The position numbers were made by a program, and so were the translations under genes. A stretch of DNA of 64,000 nucleotides from an uncultured delta proteobacterium (GTDB lineage: Bacteria; Myxococcota_A; UBA9160; UBA4427). This document shows positions 1-11,188 of this stretch, one piece after another; the stretch's first letter is position 1; each line of letters opens with the position of its first letter. The notes beneath the pieces are model-generated. The model was not told where the DNA came from and ran no database searches. It saw only the letters and a list, made by a program, of their open reading frames with translations. The stretch is from the NCBI GenBank assembly GCA_963822965.1, contig CAWGJT010000005.1, positions 128,001 through 192,000 of the forward strand. Reading direction: 5' to 3'.

Positions 1-2
1 TC

Positions 3-2084
3 CTGTCGGAGGAGCGCGGCGAGTGGCCCGACATCGATCTCGACCTGCCCTCGGGCGACCCGCGCGATCGGGTCATCCAGTACGTCTTCGAGAAGTACGG
101 CCGGCACGGCGCCGCCATGACCGCCAACGTCATCACCTACCGGGCGCGCATGGCGGTGCGCGAGATGGGCAAGGTGCTGGGCCTCGCCCCCGACGCCATC
201 GACCGGCTCTCGAAGGGGCTGGCCCAATTCTCCTTCGGCCGCGACCCCGGCTCCTTCCGCCGCGACGACCCCGAGAGCCTACCGGCCGCCCTGCGCGAAT
301 CCGGGGTGGACCCCACGGCGCCCCGGATCGCCCTGCTGCTCGAGCTGGTCTCGCGCATCCAGGGCCTGCCCCGGCACCTGGGGCAGCACAGCGGCGGCGT
401 GGTGATCGCGGCGGGGCGTCTCGACGAGGTGGTCCCCATCGAGCCCGCCAGCATGGTGGACCGCCGCGTCGTGCAGTGGGACAAGGAGGACTGCGCGGAC
501 CTCGGAATCATCAAGATCGACCTGCTCGGGCTCGGCATGCTCGACGCCCTCGAGAAGTGCATCCCGCTCATCGAGCGGCACGAGGGCCGGACGATCGATC
601 TCGCCCAGCTGCCGCCGGACGACCCCGACACCTACGCGATGATCCAGCGCGCCGACACGGTGGGCACGTTCCAGATCGAGAGCCGGGCGCAGATGGCGAC
701 GCTCCCCCGCATGAAGCCCGCGTGCTTCTACGACCTGGTGGTGGAGATCGCGATCATCCGGCCCGGACCGATCGTCGGCGAGATGGTGCATCCCTACCTG
801 AACCGGCGGGCCGGTCGCGAGGCGGTCACGTATCCGCACCCGAGCCTCGAGCCCATCCTGAAGCGCACCCTGGGCGTGCCCATCTTCCAGGAGCAGATCC
901 TGCGGATCGCCATGGAGGCGGCGGGCTTCAGCGGCGGCGAGGCGGAGGAGCTGCGGCGCGCCATGGGCTTCAAGCGCTCCATCGCGCGCATGCAGGGAAT
1001 CGAGGACCGGCTGCGCGAGGGCATGCAGCGCAAGGGGCTCACCCCCGAGGCCCGGGAAGCGGTGCACCGCTACATCACCGCCTTCGCCCTCTACGGCTTC
1101 CCCGAGAGCCACTCGGCCTCGTTCGCGCTGATCGCCTACGCGTCCGCCTACCTCAAGTGCCACCATCCCGCGGCGTTCCTGGCCGGGCTGCTGAACGCCT
1201 GGCCCATGGGCTTCTACAACCCGGCCACCCTGGTGAAGGACGCCCAGCGGCACGGGGTCGAGGTGCGCGGCATCGACGTGTCCGGCTCGGAGTGGCTGTG
1301 CACCCTGGAGGGCCGGCGGGAGGACGGACGTCCGCCGGCGGTGCGCATCGGGCTGCGCTTCGCAGCCGGCCTGCGGGAGCAGACGGCGGCCGCGCTCGTC
1401 GCCCAGCGGAGCCGGTGCCCGTTCCGGGACGTCGCGGATCTCGCCGGGCGGGTGACGTTCCACCGGGACGAGCTGGACACCCTGGCCGAGCTGGGCGCGC
1501 TGGCGTCGCTCTTGCCGGACGGCTCCCGGCGGTCGTCCGGCGGCTCCCGGCGGGACGCGCTGTGGCAGGTGGCGGCCCTCGAGCGCGACCCCCGCTCGCT
1601 CTTCGCCGGCCGGCCGGCGGCCGGCGACACGGCGGCGTCTCCCCTGCCGCCCACGACGCCCCTCGAGGACACCCTGGCGGACTATCGTCTCGCCGGGCTC
1701 ACCACGGGGCCGCAGCTGCTCGAGTACCTGCGGCCCGCCCTGGAGCGCGCGGGCGTCGTCTCGGCGCGAGCCCTGCGCGAGCTGCCGAACGGCCGCTTCG
1801 TCCGCGCGGCGGGCCACGTGATCGTGCGCCAGCGTCCGGGCTCGGGGAAGGTGTGCTTCGTCACGCTCGAGGACGAGACCGGCACGGCCAACGCCATCCT
1901 GATGCCCGACGTCTTCCGGAAGTACCGCGCCGTGCTCCACACCCATCCGGTGCTGCGCATCGACGGGCCGCTCCAGAACGTGGACGGCGTCGTCCACGTA
2001 CGGGCACGCCATCTCGAAGCGGTGGCCCTGCGGCCGCCTTCGGCCTCCGAAGCCCGGCTGCCGGAGGGCCGCAGCTACCGCTGA
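3..2084 (+). CDS. dnaE2: Error-prone DNA polymerase III alpha subunit DnaE2/ImuC (5' truncated by window edge)
   Basis: Frame open from the window start: LSEERGEWPDIDLD, PRHLGQHSGG, KIDLLGLGML, FQIESRAQM, YGFPESH, C-terminal OB fold (VRQRPGS..FVTLEDETG). Confidence 0.93.
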   Translation: MSEERGEWPDIDLDLPSGDPRDRVIQYVFEKYGRHGAAMTANVITYRARMAVREMGKVLGLAPDAIDRLSKGLAQFSFGRDPGSFRRDDPESLPAALRESGVDPTAPRIALLLELVSRIQGLPRHLGQHSGGVVIAAGRLDEVVPIEPASMVDRRVVQWDKEDCADLGIIKIDLLGLGMLDALEKCIPLIERHEGRTIDLAQLPPDDPDTYAMIQRADTVGTFQIESRAQMATLPRMKPACFYDLVVEIAIIRPGPIVGEMVHPYLNRRAGREAVTYPHPSLEPILKRTLGVPIFQEQILRIAMEAAGFSGGEAEELRRAMGFKRSIARMQGIEDRLREGMQRKGLTPEAREAVHRYITAFALYGFPESHSASFALIAYASAYLKCHHPAAFLAGLLNAWPMGFYNPATLVKDAQRHGVEVRGIDVSGSEWLCTLEGRREDGRPPAVRIGLRFAAGLREQTAAALVAQRSRCPFRDVADLAGRVTFHRDELDTLAELGALASLLPDGSRRSSGGSRRDALWQVAALERDPRSLFAGRPAAGDTAASPLPPTTPLEDTLADYRLAGLTTGPQLLEYLRPALERAGVVSARALRELPNGRFVRAAGHVIVRQRPGSGKVCFVTLEDETGTANAILMPDVFRKYRAVLHTHPVLRIDGPLQNVDGVVHVRARHLEAVALRPPSASEARLPEGRSYR

Positions 2085-2173
2085 GCCGCTCCGCCGCTCT
2101 CCCGCGTGTAGCGCACTGGGATCGACTCGATTCCGTCGGGCCTTCCGGGCGAGCCCGCATCCGGGCTCGGCCG

Positions 2174-3637
2174 TCAGCGCCCCCCGAGAGGCGCCACCTC
2201 GAACGCCTCGTCGTCGGGCTTCTCGGTGCGCTCGCGGAACCCGGTCATCGACCCCGGCCACTGGGTGACGACGCGGCCCGAGGGCGTGCGGTAGTAGCCG
2301 TTGCAGCCCGCCTGCCAGACCGAGACCCCGGCGATCGCGCGCTGCAGCTCCTCGTTGTAGCGCTCCATGGGCTCCGGGCGGACGTCGATCCAGGCGAGGT
2401 CCTCGTCGGCGATGCGCTGGATCTTGCGCAGCGTGTACTCCACCTGGCTCTCGATCATCGAGAGGATCGAGCCGTTGTTGGTGTTCGGCCCGTAGAGCAT
2501 GAAGAGGTTCGGAAAGCCCGCGGTGGTGATGCCGAGATAGGCGCAGGCGCCGTCGGACCAGGCCTCGTCGATGCGGCGCCCGCCGCGCCCGATCACCTCG
2601 ATCGCGGAGAGGTACTTCGTGGTGGCGAAGCCCGTGGCGTAGACGATCGTATCGACGCGGCGCTCGGCGCCGTCCGCCGTCACGATCGCGTCCCGCGTGA
2701 TGCGCGCGATCGGATCGGTCACCAGCTCGAGGTTCGGCCGGTTGAACGCGGGATAGAAGTCGTTGGACAAGAGCGGACGCTTGCAGCCGAGGGGATGGTC
2801 CGGCCGGAGCTTCTCGCGCAGCACCGGATCCTCGATCACCTCCATCGCGGCGAGCACCGACGCCTCCATCTCCGCGAGCGCCTTCGGATCGGAGAAGGTC
2901 ATGCCCGAGTCGACGCCGCGGTAGATCTCGTCGCGAACCGCGCGGATCAGGCTGGCATCCCTGCGAAAGCCGGCGAGCACATCCTCGGGGAAGGGGTCGT
3001 CCTGCTTCGGCATCACCCAGTTGGCCGTGCGCTGGAAGAGGTGCACCCGATCCGCCGTCTTCACGATCTCCGGGACGAGCTGCACCGCGCTGGCGGCGCT
3101 GCCGATCACGGCCACGCGCTCGCCCGCGAGCGAGTGGTCCCGGCGCCAGCGGGCGGAGTGGAAGGCAGTGCCGGCGAACTCGCCCCGGCCGGGGATGTCG
3201 GGCCAGACGAGGTCGTTGAACATGCCGATGGCGCCGACGACGACCTCGGCGCAGACCTCCTCACCCGACTCGAGCTCCAGGCTCCAGTGCGCGCCCGCCT
3301 CGTCCCAACGCGCCCGCCGGACGCCCGCGCCGAAGCGACAGTGCGGAAGGACGCCGTACTTCTCCGCGCAGCCCTCCATGTAGGCGAGGATCTCGGGCTG
3401 GGACGCGTAGGGCCGGCTCCAGTCGGGCTTCGGCTCGAACGAGAACGAGTAGAGGTGGGAGGGGATGTCGCAAGCGCAGCCCGGATAGCGGTTCCGGAGC
3501 CAGGTGCCGCCGACGGCCGCCTCGCGCTCGAGCACGACGAAGTCGCCGAAGCCGGCCTGGCGCAGGCGGATGGCCATGCACAGGCCGCCGGGGCCGGCTC
3601 CGACGATCGCGACACGGAGCGCGCGCGTCCCGCTCAT
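2174..3637 (-). CDS. Flavin-containing monooxygenase (Baeyer-Villiger type)
   Basis: GAGPGG, GGTWxxNRYPGCACD, FHSARW, GSAASA, ATGF motifs; start placed at MSGTRALRV. Confidence 0.9.
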   Translation of the reverse strand: MSGTRALRVAIVGAGPGGLCMAIRLRQAGFGDFVVLEREAAVGGTWLRNRYPGCACDIPSHLYSFSFEPKPDWSRPYASQPEILAYMEGCAEKYGVLPHCRFGAGVRRARWDEAGAHWSLELESGEEVCAEVVVGAIGMFNDLVWPDIPGRGEFAGTAFHSARWRRDHSLAGERVAVIGSAASAVQLVPEIVKTADRVHLFQRTANWVMPKQDDPFPEDVLAGFRRDASLIRAVRDEIYRGVDSGMTFSDPKALAEMEASVLAAMEVIEDPVLREKLRPDHPLGCKRPLLSNDFYPAFNRPNLELVTDPIARITRDAIVTADGAERRVDTIVYATGFATTKYLSAIEVIGRGGRRIDEAWSDGACAYLGITTAGFPNLFMLYGPNTNNGSILSMIESQVEYTLRKIQRIADEDLAWIDVRPEPMERYNEELQRAIAGVSVWQAGCNGYYRTPSGRVVTQWPGSMTGFRERTEKPDDEAFEVAPLGGR

Positions 3638-3876
3638 TCCTCGTCCTCCTTCCGTTGGCCAGGGGCCTGCAGATTGAAGCATGATTGTCCCCACGCTGAC
3701 CACCGGGCGGGATCGGACGTGACCCACGATCGGCAGGCTGGATCGACTCTTCCCGGAACGCTCGCCGAGCTCACGTTCGTCGGGCGCCTCGCGGTCCTCC
3801 CCGCCGGGCGGCCGCCGGCCGGGGAGGGGTGTGGGAACATCCGGGTCTACCACCTCACGTGCATCGACGGAGCTGC

Positions 3877-4803
3877 ATGCGTATCGGAGTGATGGCGACC
3901 GGGCTCGGCGTGGACGATCTGGTCGAGACCGCTCGCGACCTCGAAGCGCGCGGCCTCGACACGGTCTGGCTGCCGGGCGTGCTGGGTCCCGACCCGATCG
4001 TCGTCGCCGCGCTGCTCGGGCGCGCCACGCGGCGCATCGAGATCGGCACTGCCGTGGTGCCGACGCCGCCGCGGCATCCCGTCGCCCTCGCCCAGCAGGC
4101 GCTCACCGCCGGCGTCGCCTGCGGCGGGCGCTTCACCCTCGGCATCGGGCTCTCGCATCCGATCGTGATCGAGGGGATGTACGGCCTCTCCAGCGCCCGA
4201 CCCGCCCGGCAGATGCGCGAGTACCTCGCCGTGCTGGCGCCGCTCCTGCGCGGCGAGCCGGCGAACCACGAGGGGGAGCTCCTGCGCGTGAACGTCTCCC
4301 TCGACGTGCCGGACGCTCCCCGGGTCCCCCTGCTGCTCGCAGCCCTCGGCGATCGCATGCTCGCCCTGGCGGGGCGGGAGTCCGCCGGGACGATCCTGTG
4401 GATGGCGGGCTTCCGAACCATCGCCGAGCACGTCGTGCCGAAGCTCCACCGCGCCGCGCGCGAGGCGGGACGCCCGGTGCCTCGCGTGGTCGCCGGCTTC
4501 CACGTCCTGCTCACGTCCGATCCGGGCCCGGCACGCGAGCGCCTCTCCCGATCGATGGAGAAGTACAAGCAGATGCCCAGCTACCGGGCAATGATGGAAC
4601 GCGAGGGCACCGACGCCTCCGAGGCGTTCGGCCTGATCGGAGACGAACGCGCGCTCGATACGGGCCTCGCACGCCTGCGCGACGCGGGGGTCACCGACCT
4701 GGAGGCCCTGATCCTGCGCACCGACGCGGAGACCCGGCTGCGAACCCTCGACTACCTCGCGAGCCGCTGTCGCGGGCGATCCGACGCGGAGACAGACGCG
4801 TGA
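3877..4803 (+). CDS. LLM-class (probably F420-dependent) oxidoreductase
   Basis: MRIGV start, [33 protein letters not shown]. Confidence 0.88.
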   Translation: MRIGVMATGLGVDDLVETARDLEARGLDTVWLPGVLGPDPIVVAALLGRATRRIEIGTAVVPTPPRHPVALAQQALTAGVACGGRFTLGIGLSHPIVIEGMYGLSSARPARQMREYLAVLAPLLRGEPANHEGELLRVNVSLDVPDAPRVPLLLAALGDRMLALAGRESAGTILWMAGFRTIAEHVVPKLHRAAREAGRPVPRVVAGFHVLLTSDPGPARERLSRSMEKYKQMPSYRAMMEREGTDASEAFGLIGDERALDTGLARLRDAGVTDLEALILRTDAETRLRTLDYLASRCRGRSDAETDA

Positions 4804-7166
4804 AGCACGGGCTCTCGGGCGTACGCGTCATCGAGGTCGCGAACGACATCGCCGGCCCCTACTGCGGGAGGCTCTTCGCCGACGCCGGCGCCGACGTGAT
4901 CAAGCTCGAGCCGCCGGAGGGCGATCCCATGCGGCGCTGGTCGGCGACGGGCGGCGACCTCGGCGGCGGGGACTCCCCCCTCTTCCGCTACCTGAACGCC
5001 TCGAAGCGGAGCGTGGTGGGAGCCCTCGACGCACACGACGCGTTGCTCGCCGACGCCGACCTGCTGATCGAGGACGCCGGGCCGGGCGCGCTCGACCGCG
5101 CGGTATTGCGCGCGCACCATCCCCGCCTCGTGATCCTCTCGATCACGCCCTATGGGCTCACGGGTCCCCTCGCCGGGCGCGCCGCCACCGATTTCACCGT
5201 CCAGGCCGAAGGCGGCTCGCTCGGAGGGCGCATGCGCCCGGGAGGCGTGCCGTTCCAGGCGGGCGGCCGCATCGTCGAGTGGGCGGGCGGCTGCTTCGCG
5301 GCGGTGGCGGCACTGGCGGCGGTGCGCGGCGCGCGCGCGAGCGGCAGGGGCGAGCACGTCGACTTCTCGTTGCACGCGACGGCTGGGCTCGTCACCAACA
5401 CCTACCTCGACCTCATGTGGAGCATGCTCGGACGCCCCCCGATCGAGGGCGCCTTCCCCAGCGTCGAGACGCCCTCGATCCACCGCACGCGCGACGGCTG
5501 GATCGGCGTCACCGCCTACTCGGCGCAGCAGTTCTCCGACTTCCTCCTGCTGATCGGACGGCCCGACCTACGCGACTCCCACGAGTTCGACGAGATGCCC
5601 CAGCGCCTGGCGCGCCTGGAGGAGTTCGAGGCGATCGTCGAGGCCTACACCCGCGAGCGCAGCACCGCCGAGATCGTCGAGCTGGGCCAGATGCTGCGCG
5701 TGCCGGTAGCCCCCGTGAACGACGGGAGGAGCGTCCTCGAGCACGAGCAGCTCGTCGCGCGCGGCTCCTTCGTCGAGGATCCCTCGGGCGGATTCCGACG
5801 TCCCGCGCCGCCCTATCGAATCGACGGCGTGGCGCCCGGTCCACTCCGACCGGCGCCGCGCCTCGGCGAGCACGACGACCGGATCGAGGAGCGCCCGCGA
5901 CCCCGTCCCACGCCCGGCCACGCGCCGCGCCTCCCCCTCGAAGGCGTGCGCATCCTCGACGCCACGAACTGGTGGGCGGGCCCCCTCGCCACCCAGATGC
6001 TCGCCATGCTGGGCGCCGACGTCATCCACGTCGAGTCGACGAAGCGCATCGACGGCAGCCGCTCGGTGGGCGGCACCCTGAAGGCCCTCTACCCCGACTG
6101 GTGGGAGGCCTCCTTCATCTTCCTGTCGGCGAACTCGAACAAGCGCGGCCTCGCGCTCGACCTGGCCGACCCGCGCGGAATGGAGGTGTTCGAGAAGCTC
6201 GTCGCGCGCTCCGACGCCCTGGTCGAGAACTTCAGCCCGCGCGTGATGGACGGCTTCGGCCTCGACGAGAAGCGCGTGCACGAGCTGAACCCCGCCTGTC
6301 ACTACGTGCGCATGCCGGCCTTCGGCCTCGACGGCCCGTGGCGCGAGCACGTGGGCTTCGCCTCGACGATGGAGCAGATGGCCGGGCTCTCCTGGCTGAC
6401 CGGGCACGAGGACGACCAGCCGCGCATCCAGCGCGGGCCCTGCGACCCGATCGCGGGCATGCACGCCGCGTTCGCGCTGCTCGTGGCGCTCTTCGAGGGC
6501 GAGCACACCGGCCGCGGCCACTTCGTCGAGTGCGCGATGATCGAGGCGGCGCTCGCCGTCACCGCCGAGCAGGTGGCCGAGTACACGGCCTTCGGGAACG
6601 TCATGGAACGGACCGGAAACCGCAGCGCCCACGCCGCGCCCCAGGGCCTCTACGCGTGCCGAGGCCATCACCTCACCGAGACCCCCCGCTGGCTCGCGCT
6701 CTCGGTGGCGAGCGAGGCGCAGTGGGAGGCGCTGCTCGGCTGGCTCGGACGCCCCGCGGAGCTCGCACGGATCGACGGTGGCCTCGCCTCGCGCCACGCC
6801 CACCACGACGCGATCGACGCGGCGCTCTCCGCGTTCGTCGCCGACCGCGACCGCGAGCAGTGCATCGCCGCGCTCGAGGCGGCGGGCGTCCCCTGCGGCC
6901 GCGTCGTCGACATCCGCGGTCTCGCCGACCACCCCCAGCTTCGGGCCATCGGCTTCCACGAGCCCGTCGACCACCCCGTCGCCGGTCGCCGGCCCACGAT
7001 GGCCGCGCCCTTCCACTATGCGGGCGTCGAGCGCTGGCTCACGCGCGCGGCTCCGACGCTCGGCCAGCACGACGCCGAGATCCTGCGGGAGCTGGGCTAC
7101 GGCGAGGACGAGATCGCGGCACTCGCCGAGGCGAAGGTGATCGGCGAGCGCCCGGAGGGCGTCTAG
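4800..7166 (+). CDS. Double-domain CaiB/BaiF family III CoA transferase
   Basis: Two repeats of L.GVR.....AGP....[26 protein letters not shown] start overlaps the upstream TGA. Confidence 0.9.
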   Translation: MKHGLSGVRVIEVANDIAGPYCGRLFADAGADVIKLEPPEGDPMRRWSATGGDLGGGDSPLFRYLNASKRSVVGALDAHDALLADADLLIEDAGPGALDRAVLRAHHPRLVILSITPYGLTGPLAGRAATDFTVQAEGGSLGGRMRPGGVPFQAGGRIVEWAGGCFAAVAALAAVRGARASGRGEHVDFSLHATAGLVTNTYLDLMWSMLGRPPIEGAFPSVETPSIHRTRDGWIGVTAYSAQQFSDFLLLIGRPDLRDSHEFDEMPQRLARLEEFEAIVEAYTRERSTAEIVELGQMLRVPVAPVNDGRSVLEHEQLVARGSFVEDPSGGFRRPAPPYRIDGVAPGPLRPAPRLGEHDDRIEERPRPRPTPGHAPRLPLEGVRILDATNWWAGPLATQMLAMLGADVIHVESTKRIDGSRSVGGTLKALYPDWWEASFIFLSANSNKRGLALDLADPRGMEVFEKLVARSDALVENFSPRVMDGFGLDEKRVHELNPACHYVRMPAFGLDGPWREHVGFASTMEQMAGLSWLTGHEDDQPRIQRGPCDPIAGMHAAFALLVALFEGEHTGRGHFVECAMIEAALAVTAEQVAEYTAFGNVMERTGNRSAHAAPQGLYACRGHHLTETPRWLALSVASEAQWEALLGWLGRPAELARIDGGLASRHAHHDAIDAALSAFVADRDREQCIAALEAAGVPCGRVVDIRGLADHPQLRAIGFHEPVDHPVAGRRPTMAAPFHYAGVERWLTRAAPTLGQHDAEILRELGYGEDEIAALAEAKVIGERPEGV

Positions 7167-7205
7167 GCACCGCGCGCGTCCGAGCGGCCCGACGGCCGCC
7201 CCGGG

Positions 7206-8290
7206 TCAGTCGAAGACGATCACCTGGCGCGCCGCCTCGCCCTTGCGCATGCGGTCGAGGCCGGCGTTCACCTCCTCGAGCGGGATGCGCGCGGAGATCA
7301 TCTCGTCGAGGAAGAGGCGGCCGTCGAGGTAGAACTCGACGTACCTCGGCATGTCGAAGCGAAAGCGGTTCGAGCCCATGAACGAGCCGGTGATCTTCTT
7401 CTCCTGGAGCACGAGGTCGGCGGGCATGAACTCGGCCATCTTGGGGATCGGCACGACGCCGACCAGACGGTCGTGCCGCCGCGGGCCGTCATGGCGATCG
7501 CCTGCTGCACGGTCGGCACGAGTCCGATGCACTCGAACACGAACTCTGCGCCGCCGTCGGTGAGCCCCTGCACGGCGGCCACCGGATCTCCGTCGCTGGC
7601 GTCGACGCACTCGTTGGCGCCGAGCTTGCGGGCGATGTCGAACTTCCAGGGCTGGGCGTCGACGGCGATGATCTTCCCGGCGCCGCGGATGCGCGCGCCC
7701 TGGAGCGCCGCGAGGCCGACGCCGCCGCAGCCGATGATCACCACCGAGTCGCCCGGACGGGATGTGCACGGTGTTGAGCGCCGCACCGATGCCGGTGGTG
7801 ACGCCGCAGCCGATGAGACGACGCGCGGTCCAGCGGCATGTCGTTCGCGGATCTTCACCAGCGACCGCTCGGGGCAGAGCATCTTCTCGGCGAAGGACGA
7901 GAGGTTCGCGAACTGGCCCATCGGCTCGCCGCCGGAGGTGAGCCGCGGCGTGCCGTCGAGGCGGGGAAGGAACTGGCTGGCGCAGAGGTAGGGACGTCCC
8001 TGCGTGCAGAACTTGCAGATGCCGCAGAAGGACGAGAGACAGCCGATCACGTGGTCGCCGGGTGCGAAGTCGGTGACGCCGGCGCCCACCTCCTCGACGA
8101 CGCCGGCCGGCTCGTGGCCGAGCACGCAGGGCGCCGGCACGGGAAGCCCTCCTTCGAGCACGGTGAGGTCGCTGTGGCAGATGCCCGAGGCGACGGTCTT
8201 GAGCAGCACCTCACCGGTCTTCGGAGAGTCGATGTCGATGTCCTCGATCTCGAGGGGCGCGTTGTTCGCGCGCATCACGGCGGCCTTCAT
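7206..8290 (-). CDS. Zn-dependent alcohol dehydrogenase (frameshifted, probably sequencing error)
   Basis: GICHSD, GHEPAG, CGICKFC, GCGGVG and KITGSFMGS are spread over different frames; indels at about 7470 and 7755-7845. Confidence 0.85.
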
Positions 8291-8320
8291 GGGGATTCTC
8301 CTGGGTTGTGCAGAAGGAAG

Positions 8321-9517
8321 TCAGGAAGACGCACCGCCCTGCCACGGGCCGTCGGGCGCCTCCACTCCATAGAGCGCGGCGGCGTTGTCGAACAGCACCG
8401 CGCGGCGTACGTCCTCGGGCAGGTCCCCGAAGGCGGCGTCGATCTTGTCGCGCACCTCGTCGCCGTAGAGGCAGATGGGGTGGGGGTAGTCGGTCTCGAA
8501 GAGCACGCGGTCGGTCCCGATCGCGTCGAGAAGGTGGTTGGTGGCGAACTCCTCGAAGAAGGTACAGGCCCAGACCTGCTCGCGCAGGTACTCGCTCGGG
8601 CGCCGCGAGAAGTACGGCCGCTCGCGGGAGACGTTCGCGTACTCGTAGCCGTGGTCGAGCGCCTCCTTCACGAAGGGCAGCCAGCCGATTCCGCTCTCCA
8701 CGGAGACGAGGCGCAGCTTCGGGTTCCGCGGCAGGATCCCCGACATCACCACGTCCATCAGCTGGATCGCGTTGGAGAGCAGGATCGACATGGAGCCCGA
8801 GACGGTCGACGGCCCGATGCCGTGGGCCGCGAAGCGTCCTGGCGCCATCATCTGGTCCTGGAAGTCGCCGCTGCCGATGTGGAGGCTGATGGGCAGGTCC
8901 AGATCCTGGGCTGCGTTCCAGATCGGGTTCCAGTGCGGGTCGCCCAGGTAGGGCATGTCGTAGTCCTGGGGCGCGCTGGTGAAGAGGATGGCGCGGTGTC
9001 CCAGATCCTTGCAGCGCGCAATCTCGGCGACGGCGGCGGGGACGTCCCAGAAGGGCGTCGCCATCACCGGGACGAAGCGGCGCGGGTCCGGCGAGGTCCA
9101 CTCGATCAGCCAATCGTTGTAGGCGCGCACGCAGGCGAGCATCAGCTCCGGGTCGCCGAGGCCAAGGAAGGTCTCGCTGCCGAAGCCGCCGATGTTCGGG
9201 TAGAGGGCCATGGCCCAGGCGCCGATCTCGTCCATGTAGGCGAGGCGGGCCTTCGCGTCGTAGGCGGCGGGCGGGCACTCGTCGAGGTTCCTCGGCATCG
9301 CGGGGAAGGGATCCTTCCAGCCGGCGACCGCCGTCGCGCCGACGGGGATCTTCCGCTCGGCCTTGCCGAACCGCCAGACGTCGAGTCCATCGTCGGTGCG
9401 CACCATGCGCGGCGCGGCGTCGCGGAACTTCGCGGGCAGGCGTTCCGTCCAGACGTCGCCCGGCTCGGTGATGTGGGTGTCCGCGTCGATGAACCAGTCG
9501 GTGATCTTCACGGTCAT
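8321..9517 (-). CDS. Amidohydrolase family protein (Amidohydro_2)
   Basis: IDADTHITEP, RAYNDW, LHIGSG, VESGIGW, FETDYPH. Confidence 0.9.
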   Translation of the reverse strand: MTVKITDWFIDADTHITEPGDVWTERLPAKFRDAAPRMVRTDDGLDVWRFGKAERKIPVGATAVAGWKDPFPAMPRNLDECPPAAYDAKARLAYMDEIGAWAMALYPNIGGFGSETFLGLGDPELMLACVRAYNDWLIEWTSPDPRRFVPVMATPFWDVPAAVAEIARCKDLGHRAILFTSAPQDYDMPYLGDPHWNPIWNAAQDLDLPISLHIGSGDFQDQMMAPGRFAAHGIGPSTVSGSMSILLSNAIQLMDVVMSGILPRNPKLRLVSVESGIGWLPFVKEALDHGYEYANVSRERPYFSRRPSEYLREQVWACTFFEEFATNHLLDAIGTDRVLFETDYPHPICLYGDEVRDKIDAAFGDLPEDVRRAVLFDNAAALYGVEAPDGPWQGGASS

Positions 9518-9945
9518 GCCCCTCCATTCGCGACGCGGAAGCGAGGGATCGCGAGGTCGTCGCTCATGTCTTCCCACACCAGCTCCACCGCCGCGCCGAT
9601 CTCGAGCGTCTCGGGATCGGCACCGACCAGGTTCGAGATCATGCGCAGGCCTCCCGAGCCCTCCAGGGCGATCACGGCGATGATCGTCGGCAGCGGCTGG
9701 TTCGCCGCGATCGGACGATGGACGACCGTGTAGGTGTAGATCTCGCCGCGACCCGAGAGCTCCTGCCAGTCCGCCTCCTCCGAGCGGCACGCCGAGCAGA
9801 TCGGCGCCGGCGGGATGCGCGTCCGGCCGCACGCCGTGCAGCGCTGGGCGACGAGGCGGTGCTCGGACGCCGCCTGCCAGAAGGGCAAGGTGATGGCGTC
9901 CGCCGTCGGCGACGGCATCGTGTCGGGGAAGAATCGCTCGCCCAT
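9514..9945 (-). CDS. DUF35 Zn-ribbon/OB-fold protein (thiolase/Ltp2 partner)
   Basis: PFWQA....L..QRC..CG....PP..IC..C, GEIYTYTVVH; lies directly after the thiolase-like gene. Confidence 0.9.
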   Translation of the reverse strand: MGERFFPDTMPSPTADAITLPFWQAASEHRLVAQRCTACGRTRIPPAPICSACRSEEADWQELSGRGEIYTYTVVHRPIAANQPLPTIIAVIALEGSGGLRMISNLVGADPETLEIGAAVELVWEDMSDDLAIPRFRVANGGA

Positions 9946-9947
9946 CC

Positions 9948-11174
9948 CTACTTCCTCCCGAGCAGCAGGGCGCTCGAGGGCACGCAGGCGCCGCTCGTCA
10001 CGAGGCACACCTCCGCTCCCTCTACCGGGCTCGTCGAGTCGCCGCGCAGGGCGCGCACGCCCTCGACCACGTGGTTCATGCCGTGGATGTAGGCCTCGGA
10101 GAGGCTGCCGCCGTGGGTGTTCGTGGGGAGGCTTCCGCCGTTCCACGAGAGGGCGCCGCTCTCGATGAACGGGCCGCCCTCGCCGCGCTTGCAGAAGCCG
10201 TAGTCCTCGATCTGCATCAGCACGCACCCGGTGAAGTGGTCGTAGATCTGGGCCACGTCGACGTCGGCGGGCGTGAGGCCGGCCTTCGCGTAGAGACGCT
10301 TCGCCATCGGCTCGCAGCCGCCCGTCGCGTAGTACTCGTCGGCGACGTTGGCGTTGGTGAAGGGCCCGAAGGCAAAGCCCTTCGGCGTCCCCTGCACGCT
10401 CGAGAGGATCTCGATCGGGTGGTCGCTGAGATCGCGGGCGCGCTCCTCGGTGGTGACCACCACCGCGCACGCGCCGTCGCTCTCGAGGCAGCAGTCGAAG
10501 AGGCGATGGGGGTCGGCGATCATCGGCGAGGCGAAGTAGTCGTCGAGGGTCATGGGCTTCTGGCCCATCACCGCGCGCGGGTTGCGGCTGGCGTGCTCGC
10601 GGAAGGTGACGGCGAGCTGGCCCAGGTGCTCGGGCTTCGTGCCGTAGAGGTGCATGTGGCGACGCGTCGGCAGGGCGTAGGCCGCGGCGGCCTGGATCAG
10701 CCCGAAGGGCATCGCGAAGCCCATCCACGCCATCATCAGCGAGGGGGCCGGGTTGACCGTCGGCTTCGGCGGCTCGGGCACGGGCGCGTTGGCGTCGAGG
10801 CCGCCCGTTCCGAAGCGGAAGAACTGTCCCTGGCAGAGCGAGCGGTAGACGACGACGACCTCGGCCTGCCCCGTCTCCACCGCCATCGCGGCATTTCCCA
10901 CGGCCGCGCAGCCGCCGCCTCCGCCGGGCATCCACACCATGTTGGCGAAGCGCAGCTCCGGGATGCCGAGCTCCGCCGCCAGGTAGATGGCTTCGTTGCG
11001 GTCCTCGGCGAAGGAGGCCATGCCGTCGATGTCGTCCACCGACAGGCCTGCGTCGGCGACGGCGCTCTGGATCGCCCGGAGCGCCAGCGCATGCTCGGTG
11101 ACGTCACCGATCCTCCCCCAGCGCGCGTACTGCGTCTCGCCGACGCCGACGATGTGTGCTCTCGATCGAGCCAT
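9948..11174 (-). CDS. Thiolase-like SCP2/Ltp2-type protein (probable retro-aldolase)
   Basis: IVGVGET, DCCLESDGACA, IYDHF, NTHGGSLSEAYIHGMN. Confidence 0.88.
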   Translation of the reverse strand: MARSRAHIVGVGETQYARWGRIGDVTEHALALRAIQSAVADAGLSVDDIDGMASFAEDRNEAIYLAAELGIPELRFANMVWMPGGGGGCAAVGNAAMAVETGQAEVVVVYRSLCQGQFFRFGTGGLDANAPVPEPPKPTVNPAPSLMMAWMGFAMPFGLIQAAAAYALPTRRHMHLYGTKPEHLGQLAVTFREHASRNPRAVMGQKPMTLDDYFASPMIADPHRLFDCCLESDGACAVVVTTEERARDLSDHPIEILSSVQGTPKGFAFGPFTNANVADEYYATGGCEPMAKRLYAKAGLTPADVDVAQIYDHFTGCVLMQIEDYGFCKRGEGGPFIESGALSWNGGSLPTNTHGGSLSEAYIHGMNHVVEGVRALRGDSTSPVEGAEVCLVTSGACVPSSALLLGRK

Positions 11175-11188
11175 CTCTCGGTCTCTCC

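Noticed and set aside
23..3892. Very long alternative-frame ORFs (23-3892, 37740-41513, the N-terminal part of 14014-18876, and similar)
   Set aside because: Arg/Pro/Gly-rich shadow or antisense frames typical of high-GC DNA, overlapping well-supported genes
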